In this document: piece after piece, positions 10,594-21,846 of the stretch
Numbering within the stretch: position 1 is the first letter of the stretch
Layout of the letters: each line of letters starts with the position of its first letter
NCBI GenBank assembly: GCA_030141605.1
Contig: JAQGDQ010000907.1
Location: 17,488 to 81,487 of the forward strand
DNA from: Tubiluchus corallicola
Taxonomy: Eukaryota > Animalia > Priapulida
Direction of reading: 5' to 3'
Length of the DNA stretch: 64,000 bases
Program-made: the position numbers and the translations under genes
The notes under the pieces: generated by a model
What the model saw: the letters and a program-made list of their open reading frames with translations, nothing else
What the model was told of the DNA's origin: nothing
The model's database searches: none

Positions 10594-11289
10594 TTAAAAC
10601 TTCAGCATAAAATATAACGGGATATAGGAAAAACCAACTGCAAAAATGATGGAGAATGCATAAGATAAAAACTTTAATCTTTTCATCCACCGGGAGTTAT
10701 TTAGTCCGATAGATTGAAATGCACTCCAAAACCCATGTGAAACATGAAGTCCCAGAAAAATTGCACCCATAATATAGAATATATTATATGCAGGATAGTT
10801 AATAAACAGGTTTGCTACAAGTGCATATGTGTTTTCCATTTGAACAGAGACACCTCCTACATCCACATGCGTTTCTGATAGCAGGTGATCGCCTGAAATT
10901 TTAATCTTCCACCAGAAATTAAATATATGTACTATCAAAAAAATGGAAATAAGTGCTCCGAGAATAAACATGTTTTTTGATGCTGAATACCACTTCAAAA
11001 CACCATCTCCCGATTTATATCCCCTGGGACGCGCTTTCATATTTTCAATAGTAATCCAACCCGACCCAATAATGTGAAGAATAAAACCTAAAGCTAAAAT
11101 AGGCTCCATAATTTTGATAACAGGGTTGGTTGTCATAAAGTGGGCGGCCTGATTAAATAAGCTTCCGGAATCATCAAAGGTAAGAAGCAAATTTAATGCA
11201 AGATGGATACACAAAAATTTAATAAGGAATAAGCCTGTGAGGCTCATGAACACCTTTCGCCCTATGGAGGCCTTAATAAAATTACTCAT
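10594..11289 (-). CDS. sdhC: Succinate dehydrogenase/fumarate reductase cytochrome b subunit
   Basis: SIGRKxxMSLTG start, five hydrophobic segments with heme histidines, HGFWSAFQSIG; first gene of the CAB operon. Confidence 0.92.
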   Translation of the reverse strand: MSNFIKASIGRKVFMSLTGLFLIKFLCIHLALNLLLTFDDSGSLFNQAAHFMTTNPVIKIMEPILALGFILHIIGSGWITIENMKARPRGYKSGDGVLKWYSASKNMFILGALISIFLIVHIFNFWWKIKISGDHLLSETHVDVGGVSVQMENTYALVANLFINYPAYNIFYIMGAIFLGLHVSHGFWSAFQSIGLNNSRWMKRLKFLSYAFSIIFAVGFSYIPLYFMLKF

Positions 11290-11757
11290 ATGGTACTTTG
11301 TTTTTTAAAAGTTTGACCGATAACAGTTTTTATCACAAAAATGCGATACATTATAAAGTATTAAACATGTACAATAAAAACCACCATACATGATCATAGT
11401 AGCCTGTACAGTAATATTGAATATAATTCAGTTTTTTCTTAAATCCTTAGCATCGTAAAGATATGGTAAATGTTTAAGATTACCTGCTTTTCTTCTACAA
11501 AAAGTTTGCTTATTTTACATCTTGCTTTAATGAGTTCGCGTCCCGAATTTCTATACTATATTTCAAGGTATCACTTCTTTCCCTTTGGCATAAAAGCAGG
11601 CAATCATAACAAAGGATAATATTGATAAGTTTTTTTATAGTATGAGGACTCTGTAGGGCGAAAGGGTTTGACTGAAATATTATAAAAAGATGAGTTTTGC
11701 AAAGACCTAAATGTCTTGTTCTCTTTTCATTTTTCCCCTTTTATTCGCTTCTTAGGA

Positions 11758-13614
11758 CTAAAGTTTTATATTTATTCCGCTAAAGAGAGTTATTCCCGGC
11801 ATTGGATAGTATCTGTTTATTTCATACCTCTGATCTGTGAGATTTTTGCCACTGATAAAAATATTGAACTTCCCGGTTAGCTGATATCCTATTTTTGCAT
11901 TTAGTAGGGTATAGCTGGAGTATATGGCAATATCAGGAGATGGGTCGGTATCCAGCCCACTTATATGCTGCATATTTATCATAAAATTAAACTTTCTAAG
12001 CTTATAACGGCCATTTACAAACAGGCTGTGCCTCGGTGTTGAGATCACCGGGTACTCCATATCGATGTAGCTGTATGATAGATCAATAAAAGTGTCTTTG
12101 TAAGGGTGAGTATTTATGGCAAATTCAACGCCTCTGTTTTTTATTTTCCCTGAGTTGTATAGGTTTCCCATCTCTCCGGTAACGATCATATTGTTACCCT
12201 CAACTGTAAATAGCGTAAGCTCGGCGTTGGCTTTTCCGTTGAAGAATGAGTGAGTAATACCCGCTTCGTAGCTTACCACTCTTTCCGGATCGAGGTTAGG
12301 GTTATGGTTCCACATATAGAGCTCCCTTATTGTAGGGCTACGGAATCCTTTTGATGCATTTCCTCTCAGGGTGGTTATTGGAGTAACTCTGTATGAAAAC
12401 CCTGCTGATGGCACCCATTCTGTTCCGTATTTTTCATGTTTTTGCAACCGTATACCTGCATTTATAGTTATTTTTTCAAACAGTTTATGTTGTATGAAAC
12501 CGTATGTTCCCACCTCGTAGACGGTGGTGTCGGCAAAAACAACAGGGTTTGATATAAGATCTGTATTTTCAGCTTTCCCTCCATATTGGGTATAGTCTAA
12601 TCCAAAGGTGAGACTGTTATTTTTTAGCAGTTTTAATACCTGGAAAAAAATCACCCCATAGCTCTTGTCTTTTGAATGAAACCCATCGGATATATCGTGT
12701 TTACCGAAATTGTTAAAGAGTTTTAGAGATCCCGATGTTTTTTCATAGTCATTATCTATAGAAACAGCTGCGTATCCTCTTATTATATCAAGTGAGTTGC
12801 CGTGTGTGGCATTTATTGTATCGGGGCCGGGGTCGGTAGCTTCAAAGTTGGCAATGCTAAAGTCAGCATTTATGTTTATATTTTCATTTACCTTGTACCC
12901 TGTCTTAAAATACCCGTTTACTATGTTAAAGTCGGAATTGGGGCGGTGCCCATCTGTTCGGTCATGGTTTATGGATGCAAACAAGCTAAATTTGTCTTTT
13001 TTAAACCTTGTGCTACCCATATATTTTTGTGTATTGTATGAGCCGTACATTAGTCGTGCATCTCCGCGCAATCCTTCATCTGCTGTTTTTCGGGTGATAA
13101 TATTTATAACACCTCCCATTGCATTCGACCCATATAGAATTGAGCCGGGGCCACGTATTATCTCGACTTTTTCGACATCTGATGCGATGTAGCTATCTGG
13201 CAAAGGGTGTCCCATTATTCCCATAAATTGAGGGTGTCCGTCTATCAATATCAGTACACCAGTTGTGGGGTTCCCCCCTATGCCCCTTATTGATATTTGC
13301 CCTGCAGCACCGGAAGCGACGCCGAATCCTGCAACCCCTTTTTCAGTTACAAACACTCCTGGTACACGCCCACTCAGAATATGCAGAAGGGCCGACTCAT
13401 CGCTATCAGCAATCTGAGGCCTGCTAACCACTGAAACGGCCATGGGGATATTGTACCTGTTCACCTTTACAGGTGCTCCTGTTATTACCACTTCGTCAAT
13501 TTGTACTGTATCCTGTGTTGTAGCGCACAGAACAGCTGGCATAAATAGAAGCGCTGGTAAAAGTAGTAAGCTGATACATCTTTTTATAATTTTTTCTACT
13601 AAAGTCATATGCAA
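11758..13614 (-). CDS. TonB-dependent outer membrane receptor
   Basis: Signal peptide, DEVVITG TonB box, plug motifs (ISIRG, EKVEIIRGPGSILYGSNAMGGVINIIT), alternating C-terminal beta strand. Confidence 0.92.
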   Translation of the reverse strand: MHMTLVEKIIKRCISLLLLPALLFMPAVLCATTQDTVQIDEVVITGAPVKVNRYNIPMAVSVVSRPQIADSDESALLHILSGRVPGVFVTEKGVAGFGVASGAAGQISIRGIGGNPTTGVLILIDGHPQFMGIMGHPLPDSYIASDVEKVEIIRGPGSILYGSNAMGGVINIITRKTADEGLRGDARLMYGSYNTQKYMGSTRFKKDKFSLFASINHDRTDGHRPNSDFNIVNGYFKTGYKVNENININADFSIANFEATDPGPDTINATHGNSLDIIRGYAAVSIDNDYEKTSGSLKLFNNFGKHDISDGFHSKDKSYGVIFFQVLKLLKNNSLTFGLDYTQYGGKAENTDLISNPVVFADTTVYEVGTYGFIQHKLFEKITINAGIRLQKHEKYGTEWVPSAGFSYRVTPITTLRGNASKGFRSPTIRELYMWNHNPNLDPERVVSYEAGITHSFFNGKANAELTLFTVEGNNMIVTGEMGNLYNSGKIKNRGVEFAINTHPYKDTFIDLSYSYIDMEYPVISTPRHSLFVNGRYKLRKFNFMINMQHISGLDTDPSPDIAIYSSYTLLNAKIGYQLTGKFNIFISGKNLTDQRYEINRYYPMPGITLFSGINIKL

Positions 13615-13636
13615 GCAGGGCCTATTTTGAGCCCTT

Positions 13637-13644
13637 CAAAAGTA
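13637..13644 (-). promoter_or_regulatory. Putative Bacteroidota -7 promoter element
   Basis: TACTTTTG on the minus strand just upstream of the receptor start. Confidence 0.45.
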
Positions 13645-13951
13645 ATAAATATGGCGCACGAGATGAAAGCGTATTGTAGCTGTGGTAGCGAGGCTTTGTA
13701 AAAGTCTCTTTTCGTTAAATAGTTATCGCGGTTTTTTATCTTTTATTTATGCTGGCAGTCTGTAGTTTTTATCAAATTTTTCTTCACGATCTAAGCTGAA
13801 GTGTTTATCTTTTGCAAGGCCTCAACTCTCACGCTTTGTGAAAACTTTGGTATTTCCCCATATACCTATCATTTTTTAAGAGGTATTGAGCTGGGGAAAC
13901 TACAGAGCAGCAATAATGTTTAGTTATGTGTGATAATAAAAGGGCCCCTTA

Positions 13952-16462
13952 CTATTTTTTAATGATCTTAATATTAATTTTCCCTGCTGAGGAGCTGAAG
14001 CTGGCTGAGAGGGTATCCCCCTCGTCAATATCTCCTTTAATAATAAGTTCTGCTATTTCATCCTCGAGGTACTTCTGTATTGCACGCTTCAGAGGTCGCG
14101 CTCCAAATTTAGAATCATAACCTTTATCAGCAATGAAATTTTTTGCAGATGGAGATATACGGAGGTTGTAATTCAGTGCCTTAACCCTGTCATACACCTC
14201 TTTAAGTTCAATCTCTATAATTTCGCTAATATGCTCTCTTAGTAATGTATTGAACACTATTACATCATCTATTCTGTTCAGGAACTCAGGCGTGAAAACC
14301 CGTTTAAGTGCTTTTTTGATAACATACTTAGCACGCTCATTATCTTCTTCGGGTGTGCGGTTGTCAAACCCAACTCCCTGTCCAAAGTCCTGAAGCTCTC
14401 TGGATCCGATATTTGATGTCATAATAATAATAGTGTTGCGAAAGTCTACCTTTCGCCCTAAGCTGTCCGTGATATGTCCTTCGTCAAGGATTTGTAATAG
14501 CACATTAAATACATCCGGGTGAGCTTTTTCTATTTCGTCAAGGAGAATAACTGCGTATGGTTTTCGCCGTACTTTTTCTGTAAACTGGCCACCTTCTTCA
14601 TATCCGATATATCCGGGAGGAGCACCAATAAGTCTTGAGACAGCAAATTTTTCCATATACTCGCTCATGTCTATACGGATGATAGCGTCAGTTGTATCAA
14701 AGAGATATTCAGCGAGCACTTTTGCCAGTTGTGTTTTCCCCACACCGGTGGGTCCCAGGAACATAAAGGTGCCGATAGGTTTTTGGGGGTCTTTTAGTCC
14801 TGCACGGTTGCGTTGTATGGCTTTAGTGATTTTTTGTATTGCCTCATTTTGTCCAATCACGTTACGCTTCATATCGCGATACATGCTTTGAAGCCGCTTG
14901 CCTTCAGTTTGAGCGATCTTTTGTACCGGAACGCCTGACATCATGGCGACTACGCTGGCAACCTGATCTTCTTCCACTGTTTCGCGTCGGCTATCCATCT
15001 CCTCTTTCCACTTCTCTTTTTCCTCTTCTAATATTGTTAATGTTTTTGCCTCTTTATCTCGAAAACTGGCAGCAAGTTCAAAATTTTGACTTTTAACTGC
15101 TCCCATTTTATCTTTATGTATAAGATCTATCTTTTCCTCCAGTTTCAGAATTTTTTCAGGTACGGAGATATTTGATATGTGAACACGTGAGCCTGCCTCA
15201 TCAAGAGCATCAATTGCTTTGTCTGGGAGATGCCTGTCTGATATATAGCGTGTAGTCAACTTTACGCAGGCCTTAATTGCATCGGGTGTGTAAAGGACAT
15301 TGTGATGGTCTTCGTATCTCTCTTTAATGTTATTCAGTATCTCTATAGTTTCTTCAACGGATGTTGGATCTACCATTACCTTCTGAAAGCGACGCTCAAG
15401 GGCTCCGTCTTTTTCTATTTGCTGGCGGTACTCATCAAGTGTGGTTGCTCCTATGCATTGAATGTCTCCTCTTGTCAAGGCGGGTTTCAGTATGTTGGCG
15501 GCATCAAGCGATCCTGTGGCACTACCGGCACCAACTATAGTATGTATTTCGTCTATGAAAAGGATAACGTTATCAACTTTGGAAAGTTCGCTGAGTATGG
15601 ACTTCATTCGTTCTTCAAATTGCCCTCTGTACTTTGTCCCTGCAACTATGGATGCAAGGTCTAGGCTGACAACTCTTTTGTAAAAGAGAGGCCGCGAAAC
15701 AAGTTTTTGTGATATTCGCAATGCCAGCCCTTCTACAATGGCAGATTTTCCTACTCCCGGTTCACCAATTAATATAGGGTTGTTCTTTTTTCTACGGCTC
15801 AGAATCTGAGCAATACGCAGTATCTCATTTTCCCTGCCCACGATAGGGTCAAGGTTACCCTCCATAGCGGCTTTAGTTATATCAACACCAAAGTTGTCCA
15901 ATGCTGGGGTGTCACTTTTTGAAAGTGATGTCGGAATATCTTTGCTGCTGTCAGGGTTGTCGCCACCTTTGTGATAAAACTCATCGCTCGGGTCATCATC
16001 ATCTGGAAATTCTGATTTACTTTCAATGTCGGGAACACTCTTAAGCATCTCTTTTATCGTTTTATATTCTGCTTGGTGTTGTCTAAGGATACGGCCTACA
16101 ATACACTCATTGTCTTTTATAATGGCAAGTAGCAGGTGTCCTGTGTTGATGACAGTGTCATTCATTGACATAGCCTCAAGGTACACTACTTTAAGAGTCT
16201 TTTCCGCATTTTTTAAAATAGGGGCAGAAGGTTTTGTGGCTATTGACATCCCTTCTCTTTTTATTTTTGACTCAATAGTGTTTTTTATCATTGGCAGGTT
16301 CAGTCCAAGCTGGTTCATCAACTCAATAGCGACTCCTTTTCTTTTACACAGAATGCCAAGAAAAAGATGCGATGTGGTTATGTTTTCGTTACCCAATCGT
16401 ATAGCTTCGGACACGCTATAAGAAAGAACATCCTTTATATGTGATGAAAATTGTGAGTTCAT
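13952..16462 (-). CDS. clpC: ATP-dependent Clp protease ATP-binding subunit ClpC
   Basis: Clp N domain, two AAA+ modules (GEPGVGKS, GPTGVGKT), UVR-like middle region, SRLIGAPPGYIGY, GARPLKR. Confidence 0.95.
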   Translation of the reverse strand: MNSQFSSHIKDVLSYSVSEAIRLGNENITTSHLFLGILCKRKGVAIELMNQLGLNLPMIKNTIESKIKREGMSIATKPSAPILKNAEKTLKVVYLEAMSMNDTVINTGHLLLAIIKDNECIVGRILRQHQAEYKTIKEMLKSVPDIESKSEFPDDDDPSDEFYHKGGDNPDSSKDIPTSLSKSDTPALDNFGVDITKAAMEGNLDPIVGRENEILRIAQILSRRKKNNPILIGEPGVGKSAIVEGLALRISQKLVSRPLFYKRVVSLDLASIVAGTKYRGQFEERMKSILSELSKVDNVILFIDEIHTIVGAGSATGSLDAANILKPALTRGDIQCIGATTLDEYRQQIEKDGALERRFQKVMVDPTSVEETIEILNNIKERYEDHHNVLYTPDAIKACVKLTTRYISDRHLPDKAIDALDEAGSRVHISNISVPEKILKLEEKIDLIHKDKMGAVKSQNFELAASFRDKEAKTLTILEEEKEKWKEEMDSRRETVEEDQVASVVAMMSGVPVQKIAQTEGKRLQSMYRDMKRNVIGQNEAIQKITKAIQRNRAGLKDPQKPIGTFMFLGPTGVGKTQLAKVLAEYLFDTTDAIIRIDMSEYMEKFAVSRLIGAPPGYIGYEEGGQFTEKVRRKPYAVILLDEIEKAHPDVFNVLLQILDEGHITDSLGRKVDFRNTIIIMTSNIGSRELQDFGQGVGFDNRTPEEDNERAKYVIKKALKRVFTPEFLNRIDDVIVFNTLLREHISEIIEIELKEVYDRVKALNYNLRISPSAKNFIADKGYDSKFGARPLKRAIQKYLEDEIAELIIKGDIDEGDTLSASFSSSAGKINIKIIKK

Positions 16463-16963
16463 AAGAGTTTATAGTTTATGATTTTACCTGGTTTTTAGTC
16501 AAACTAGTTATTAGAAATTGCCCCACAATGCAATTATACGTAAAATAATGGTTATTTTATACATAGGTGCCTTTTCAAAATGAAAGATTTTGCCCTGGTT
16601 GATCGATAATTTGATAAGAAAATACACTTTGTTGTTGTAGGTTAGGGTTTTAAGCGAGGTTTTTAATGAGGGGATTAATAAAAGGAAGGTCTTTGCAAAG
16701 TGAAATATTTTGGTTCATATTGAGGAGAAATTTCTACTATAAATCATAATTTGCTGATGTAAATGAGGATTTTAACGAAAATGCTGGTTGAAGGGATGGG
16801 TTTTGTAAATATCTCATGTGAGTTTTCCCTCCTCAACTTTTAACAAAGCTTGTATGCCTGCGCACAGCTTTGTAATACTTTTAAATTACTGACATGGGTT
16901 TAAAAAAAATGTCTATATTTGGGAGTGCCCCTCCGTTGTGTTGAGCACAGTTTAAACTAGTAT

Positions 16964-18295
16964 ATGAAAAATTTTACGTTAATGAAAAATCGCAGGACAT
17001 TTGTAAAGGCCACAGGGGCAGTTGCTGGTGGCACGTTGCTGGCATCTACACTCCCTGGGCATTTAAGTTGCAGTTCACCTTCAGATACCATTAGACTTGG
17101 GCTTATTGGTTGCAGATCGATGGGCTTTTCCAATTTGAGGGTATTTTTAAAAGAGGATAATATTGAGTGTCTGGCTTTGTGCGACGTGGATAGGAAGATA
17201 TTGGAGAGCAAAGGCGCCGAAGTGGAAGAGATTACAGGCACCCACCCGGTACTGTATAATGATTTTAGGAAGCTGCTGGAAAATAAAGATATAGATGCTG
17301 TTATTATTGGGACGCCAGACCATTGGCACGCTTTGATGATGGTGATGGCTTTGGAAGCGAATAAGCATGTGTATGTAGAGAAGCCAATGGGGCATGGTAT
17401 AGAGGAGTGTAAGTTTATGGTGGATGCAGCTAAGAAGCATCCCGACCTGGTAGTTCAGGTGGGAATGTGGCAGAGGAGTTCAAAGCATTGGTTTGATGCA
17501 TCGGAGTTTGTTCGCTCGGGTAAAATAGGTGAGGTAAATCTGGTAAAAGCCTGGATATATAAAGGCAATAAAAGTATTGTAAAACCAGAGCCTGACTTAA
17601 AGGCTCCTGCACATGTGGATTATGATATGTGGCTGGGGCCTGCTCCCAAACGTCCGTTTAATAAGAACCGGTTTCATTACAATTTCAGGTGGTACTGGGA
17701 TTACGCAGGTGGTGCTATGGCTGATTGGGGGGTGCACCTTCTTGACTTTGCAATGCACGGTATGGATGCCGGTTATCCCGATAAAGTAGCTCCGGGTGGC
17801 GGATTGTTCTTACACGAGAAGAGCGCAATGGAAACACCGGATATCCAGCAGGCAATTTACAGCTATCCTAAGCATACAATGATTTGGGAGTGTGGGCTTA
17901 TGCCAGGTATTGGTCCGTATGGCCTTGGGCATGGGGTTGCTTTTACAGGGACTAAAGGTACACTTATTGTTTCCAGGTCAGGCTGGCAGGTTATTGCTGA
18001 GACGCGGGGAAAAGATAAGAAAAAGCTGATGGACACAGTGCCTCAGCAGAGTCCTGTGGGGGGAGGGCTTTCCAACCACGTTAAGAACTTCCTTAAGTGT
18101 ATAAGAAAGGGAGGAACTCCAAATGCGTCGGTAGAGCTGGGAAGCAAGGTCGCAATAGTGTGTGGAATGGGTAATATTGCCTATAGAACTGGAGAGATAC
18201 TGCATTGGGATAAAGAGAAAGGCATGTTTAAGGAGGAGGCTGCCAACAAGTTGGCAAAAATGAACTACAAAAACGGCTGGAAGCTCCCTTCCTAA
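16964..18295 (+). CDS. Tat-exported Gfo/Idh/MocA oxidoreductase
   Basis: NRRTFVK twin-arginine leader; GTPDHWHA, YVEKP, YDMWLGPAP, FRWYWDY, DWGVHLLD. Confidence 0.9.
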   Translation: MKNFTLMKNRRTFVKATGAVAGGTLLASTLPGHLSCSSPSDTIRLGLIGCRSMGFSNLRVFLKEDNIECLALCDVDRKILESKGAEVEEITGTHPVLYNDFRKLLENKDIDAVIIGTPDHWHALMMVMALEANKHVYVEKPMGHGIEECKFMVDAAKKHPDLVVQVGMWQRSSKHWFDASEFVRSGKIGEVNLVKAWIYKGNKSIVKPEPDLKAPAHVDYDMWLGPAPKRPFNKNRFHYNFRWYWDYAGGAMADWGVHLLDFAMHGMDAGYPDKVAPGGGLFLHEKSAMETPDIQQAIYSYPKHTMIWECGLMPGIGPYGLGHGVAFTGTKGTLIVSRSGWQVIAETRGKDKKKLMDTVPQQSPVGGGLSNHVKNFLKCIRKGGTPNASVELGSKVAIVCGMGNIAYRTGEILHWDKEKGMFKEEAANKLAKMNYKNGWKLPS

Positions 18296-18593
18296 AAATC
18301 CGGTAAGCTTTGCAAAGGCCTCTTTTTTGCTTCTATTTCCCAGATGAGTATAAGGCTTTTGTCTAATACAGAATAGAGGCCGGCATTTGTAATTGTGTTT
18401 GTTACTACTACCTTTGTCATTGTGTAGCGTGATAGCTGCAATATTATGAGCCGCCTGTTTTTATTGTATTGGGGTGATGCGGGAAGTGTGTAAAAACGCT
18501 GTGTGGTGGCTGAGAGTAGGCGGGGGCGCTTGTAAAAGCGTAAGTTAAAAGGTAATCTTGCTCCTCATTGGGGAGTACTAAAAAGTATTTTAA

Positions 18594-19046
18594 ATGAGAA
18601 AGATTGTATTATTGTTTGTAATATTAGGATTTTCTTCAACTTCTGCATTTTCCGGTTCAAGTAATGCAAACGGACGCCCTGTGAAGTTGACAAAGGCAGA
18701 GTTTATAAAAAATGTTATGAACTACGAGGAAAATAAGGAGTGGAAATATGAAGGGGAGTTGCCTTGTATAGTAGATTTTTATGCAGACTGGTGCCCTCCA
18801 TGCCGCCAGGTTTCCCCTGTGCTGGATGAGTTGGCAAAAGAGTATGCCGGCAAAATTATTATCTATAAAGTAGACATAGATGTAGAGAAGGATCTTGCTA
18901 AGGCTTTTAAAGTCAAGAGTATACCTACGTTTTTGTGGATACCTAAGAGTGGTGAGTTTGAGGTGTCGAGTGGTATTGGCAAGACTCCAGAGAAGACCAA
19001 GCAGGAGTTTAAAAAGATGATTAATGAAATTTTGCTTGTCAAATAG
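18594..19046 (+). CDS. Exported thioredoxin
   Basis: Signal peptide; DFYADWCPPC active site; SIPT. Confidence 0.9.
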   Translation: MRKIVLLFVILGFSSTSAFSGSSNANGRPVKLTKAEFIKNVMNYEENKEWKYEGELPCIVDFYADWCPPCRQVSPVLDELAKEYAGKIIIYKVDIDVEKDLAKAFKVKSIPTFLWIPKSGEFEVSSGIGKTPEKTKQEFKKMINEILLVK

Positions 19047-19105
19047 TGCTTGCAGAGGCACGATAACATAGCTTTGACCATAAATGTGAATTACTTTAAA
19101 TTCTG

Positions 19106-19113
19106 TACATTTG
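19106..19113 (+). promoter_or_regulatory. Putative Bacteroidota -7 promoter element
   Basis: TACATTTG about 40 bp upstream of pheT. Confidence 0.5.
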
Positions 19114-19150
19114 CTCGCTATAGAAAACAGATGGAGTAACGGCACAAAAT

Positions 19151-21607
19151 ATGAAAATTTCGTACACTTGGCTCAAAGACTATATAAGCCTTTCAATAAC
19201 ACCCCAGGAAGTTGCAGATATATTGATTCAGACAGGCCTTGAGGTTGTAGGCATAGAGGAGGTTGAAACTGTCAGGGGAGGTTTAAAAGGCTTGGTTATA
19301 GGTGAGGTTACAACATGTTGTTCTCACCCCAATTCTGACCACTTAAAGCTTACCAAAGTTAATATTGGCACAGATGAAGATTTGCCGATTGTGTGTGGTG
19401 CACCCAATGTAGATAAAGGGCAAAAGGTTGTTGTTGCGCCTGTTGGAACAACGTTGTATAGTGAGAAAGGGGAGTTCAGAATTAATAAGTCGAAGATTCG
19501 TGGCGAAGTTTCGATGGGAATGATATGTGCGGAGGACGAGATTGGGATTGGAACAGACCATAGCGGAATTATTGTACTTCCGCAAAATGCGCAGGTTGGT
19601 ACTTTGGCCTGTGAGTACTTTGATGTCCAAAGCGACTATGTTATTGAGATCGACTTAACCCCCAATCGTATAGATGGGGCATCTCATATTGGAGTGGCGC
19701 GCGACCTGGCAGCATTCCTAAGTCAAAATGGAGAGTGCGAGTATAGTCGTCCGTCGGTAGAGGCATTTTCGGTTGACAACTGTAGCTCTAATATTTCTGT
19801 AAAGGTTGACAACCCTAATGCGTGCTCCCGGTATGGTGGGTTGTCTATTTCCGGAATAGTTGTAAAAGAGTCCCCTCAGTGGTTGCAGGATCGCCTGAAA
19901 CTTATTGGTTTAAAGCCTATTAACAGTGTGGTGGATGTTACAAACTATGTGCTTTTTGAGACAGGACAGCCTCTCCATGCTTTTGATGCGGATATAATAA
20001 CTTCCGGCAGGGTGGTGGTTAAGACATTGCCGGGAGGTACCATTTTTACAACACTTGATGAGGTAGAGCGAAAGCTACATAGTGATGATCTAATGATATG
20101 TAATGGGGACGAGCCAATGTGTATTGGTGGAGTATTGGGGGGATTAGCATCTGGGGTAAAGAGCACTACTACCAGTATTTTTCTTGAAAGTGCTTACTTT
20201 AATCCCGTCTATATTCGTAAAACATCGCGTAACCATGGACTGAGTACAGATTCTTCTTTCCGCTTTGAGCGCGGAGTGGATCCTAATAATACAATCTATG
20301 CTCTTAAGCGTGCAGCCCTTCTTATCAGAGAGATTGCAGGAGGGAGTATATCCTCTGACATAGTTGATGTTGTTGCTGATAGCTCTGTAATGGAAAGCTT
20401 TTCTGTAAGTGTGTCCTATAAGAATATTGATAGGCTGATTGGTAAGGAGATTCCCAGGGATAAGATTAAGAGTATTATTTCAAGCCTGGAAGTGAAGATT
20501 GTTTCTGAAACAGCTACAGGACTGGAATTGTTGGTCCCGCCATTTCGTGTTGATGTTAAGCGTGAGGCTGATGTAATTGAAGAGATATTGCGTATATACG
20601 GCTATAATAATGTGGAGCCGGCAACATCAGTAAAGTCTACAATTCAATCTACTACCAGCCCGGATAAGATAAAGCTACAGAATCTTGTATCTGAAATGTT
20701 GTCGGCTAACGGTTTCAACGAGATTATGTCTAATTCATTGACCAGAGCATCTTATTATGATGATTTAGAATCGTTTAGTGCCGATGAGACTGTCAGGCTT
20801 TTCAATCCTCTTAGTTCTGATCTTAACGGGATGAGGCAGAGTCTCATTTTTGGAGGGCTTGAAGCTATTTCCAGAAATATTAGGTATAAAAATCCAGATC
20901 TTCGGCTATATGAGTTTGGGAACGTTTATCGCTATGACAAAAGCAAAGAAACAGATAACCTTGTAAATAAGTTTTTGGAGGAGGAGCATGTAGGACTTTG
21001 GGTAACCGGGAGTAAAGAGCCTGAGAGCTGGACAGCAAATGAGAAAGACTCATCTTTCTACACCCTGAAATCGTTTTTGGGAAACATATTTCTTAAAGCA
21101 GGTATATCTACACAAAGTTACAAGGTTGGTTCTCTGAATATGGATATATTTTCAGATGCATTAGAGTACAAGCTTAATAATGTTATAGTTGCTCAAATTG
21201 GATGTGTAAATAAGAAACTTCTTGAGAGACAGGATATTGATGCTAATGTGTATTATGCTGAGTTGAACTGGTCCAATATATTGAAAGTTATAAAAAATCA
21301 GAAGCCGATATTTACGGAGTTGCCTAAGTACCCTGAGGTTAGAAGAGATTTGGCGCTTATGATTGACAAAGAGGTTAAGTTTGACAGGGTTAAGGAGCTT
21401 GCTTTCAAAACAGAGCGAAAGCTACTTAGAGAAGTGAATGTTTTTGATGTTTACGAAGGGCGTAATTTCCCGGCGGGGAAAAAATCTTACGCTGTTAGTT
21501 TTATACTACGTGATGATAAGAAAACTCTTAACGATAAAACTATTGACAAAGTCATGAAGAGGCTAATTGATGTGTACGAAAGAGAGATTGGAGCACAACT
21601 AAGATAG
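19151..21607 (+). CDS. pheT: Phenylalanine--tRNA ligase beta subunit
   Basis: MKISYTWL, IVCGAPN, LTPNRIDG, RFERGVD, FDX-ACB end (RRDLAL, FDVYEG, KKSYA). Confidence 0.97.
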   Translation: MKISYTWLKDYISLSITPQEVADILIQTGLEVVGIEEVETVRGGLKGLVIGEVTTCCSHPNSDHLKLTKVNIGTDEDLPIVCGAPNVDKGQKVVVAPVGTTLYSEKGEFRINKSKIRGEVSMGMICAEDEIGIGTDHSGIIVLPQNAQVGTLACEYFDVQSDYVIEIDLTPNRIDGASHIGVARDLAAFLSQNGECEYSRPSVEAFSVDNCSSNISVKVDNPNACSRYGGLSISGIVVKESPQWLQDRLKLIGLKPINSVVDVTNYVLFETGQPLHAFDADIITSGRVVVKTLPGGTIFTTLDEVERKLHSDDLMICNGDEPMCIGGVLGGLASGVKSTTTSIFLESAYFNPVYIRKTSRNHGLSTDSSFRFERGVDPNNTIYALKRAALLIREIAGGSISSDIVDVVADSSVMESFSVSVSYKNIDRLIGKEIPRDKIKSIISSLEVKIVSETATGLELLVPPFRVDVKREADVIEEILRIYGYNNVEPATSVKSTIQSTTSPDKIKLQNLVSEMLSANGFNEIMSNSLTRASYYDDLESFSADETVRLFNPLSSDLNGMRQSLIFGGLEAISRNIRYKNPDLRLYEFGNVYRYDKSKETDNLVNKFLEEEHVGLWVTGSKEPESWTANEKDSSFYTLKSFLGNIFLKAGISTQSYKVGSLNMDIFSDALEYKLNNVIVAQIGCVNKKLLERQDIDANVYYAELNWSNILKVIKNQKPIFTELPKYPEVRRDLALMIDKEVKFDRVKELAFKTERKLLREVNVFDVYEGRNFPAGKKSYAVSFILRDDKKTLNDKTIDKVMKRLIDVYEREIGAQLR

Positions 21608-21846
21608 CTTTGGTACCTTTAGTTTATCTTTAGTTATCGATATTTTTTACCAAGATCCTCTTCAGCCCCTTGATTTCCATTAGGTAAAATGTGGGTTTTT
21701 ATCGATTTTTTCATTAACCTGAACCAAGATTATTCGCTTTACAGAGGCTTTTCTTTTTAAAGAAATAGCATGTTTTTCCGTATAATTTTGGGAGAGCCCA
21801 ATTATAGTTGAAGCTGTTCCACTTATAATCAGTAAGGTTTCCTGTT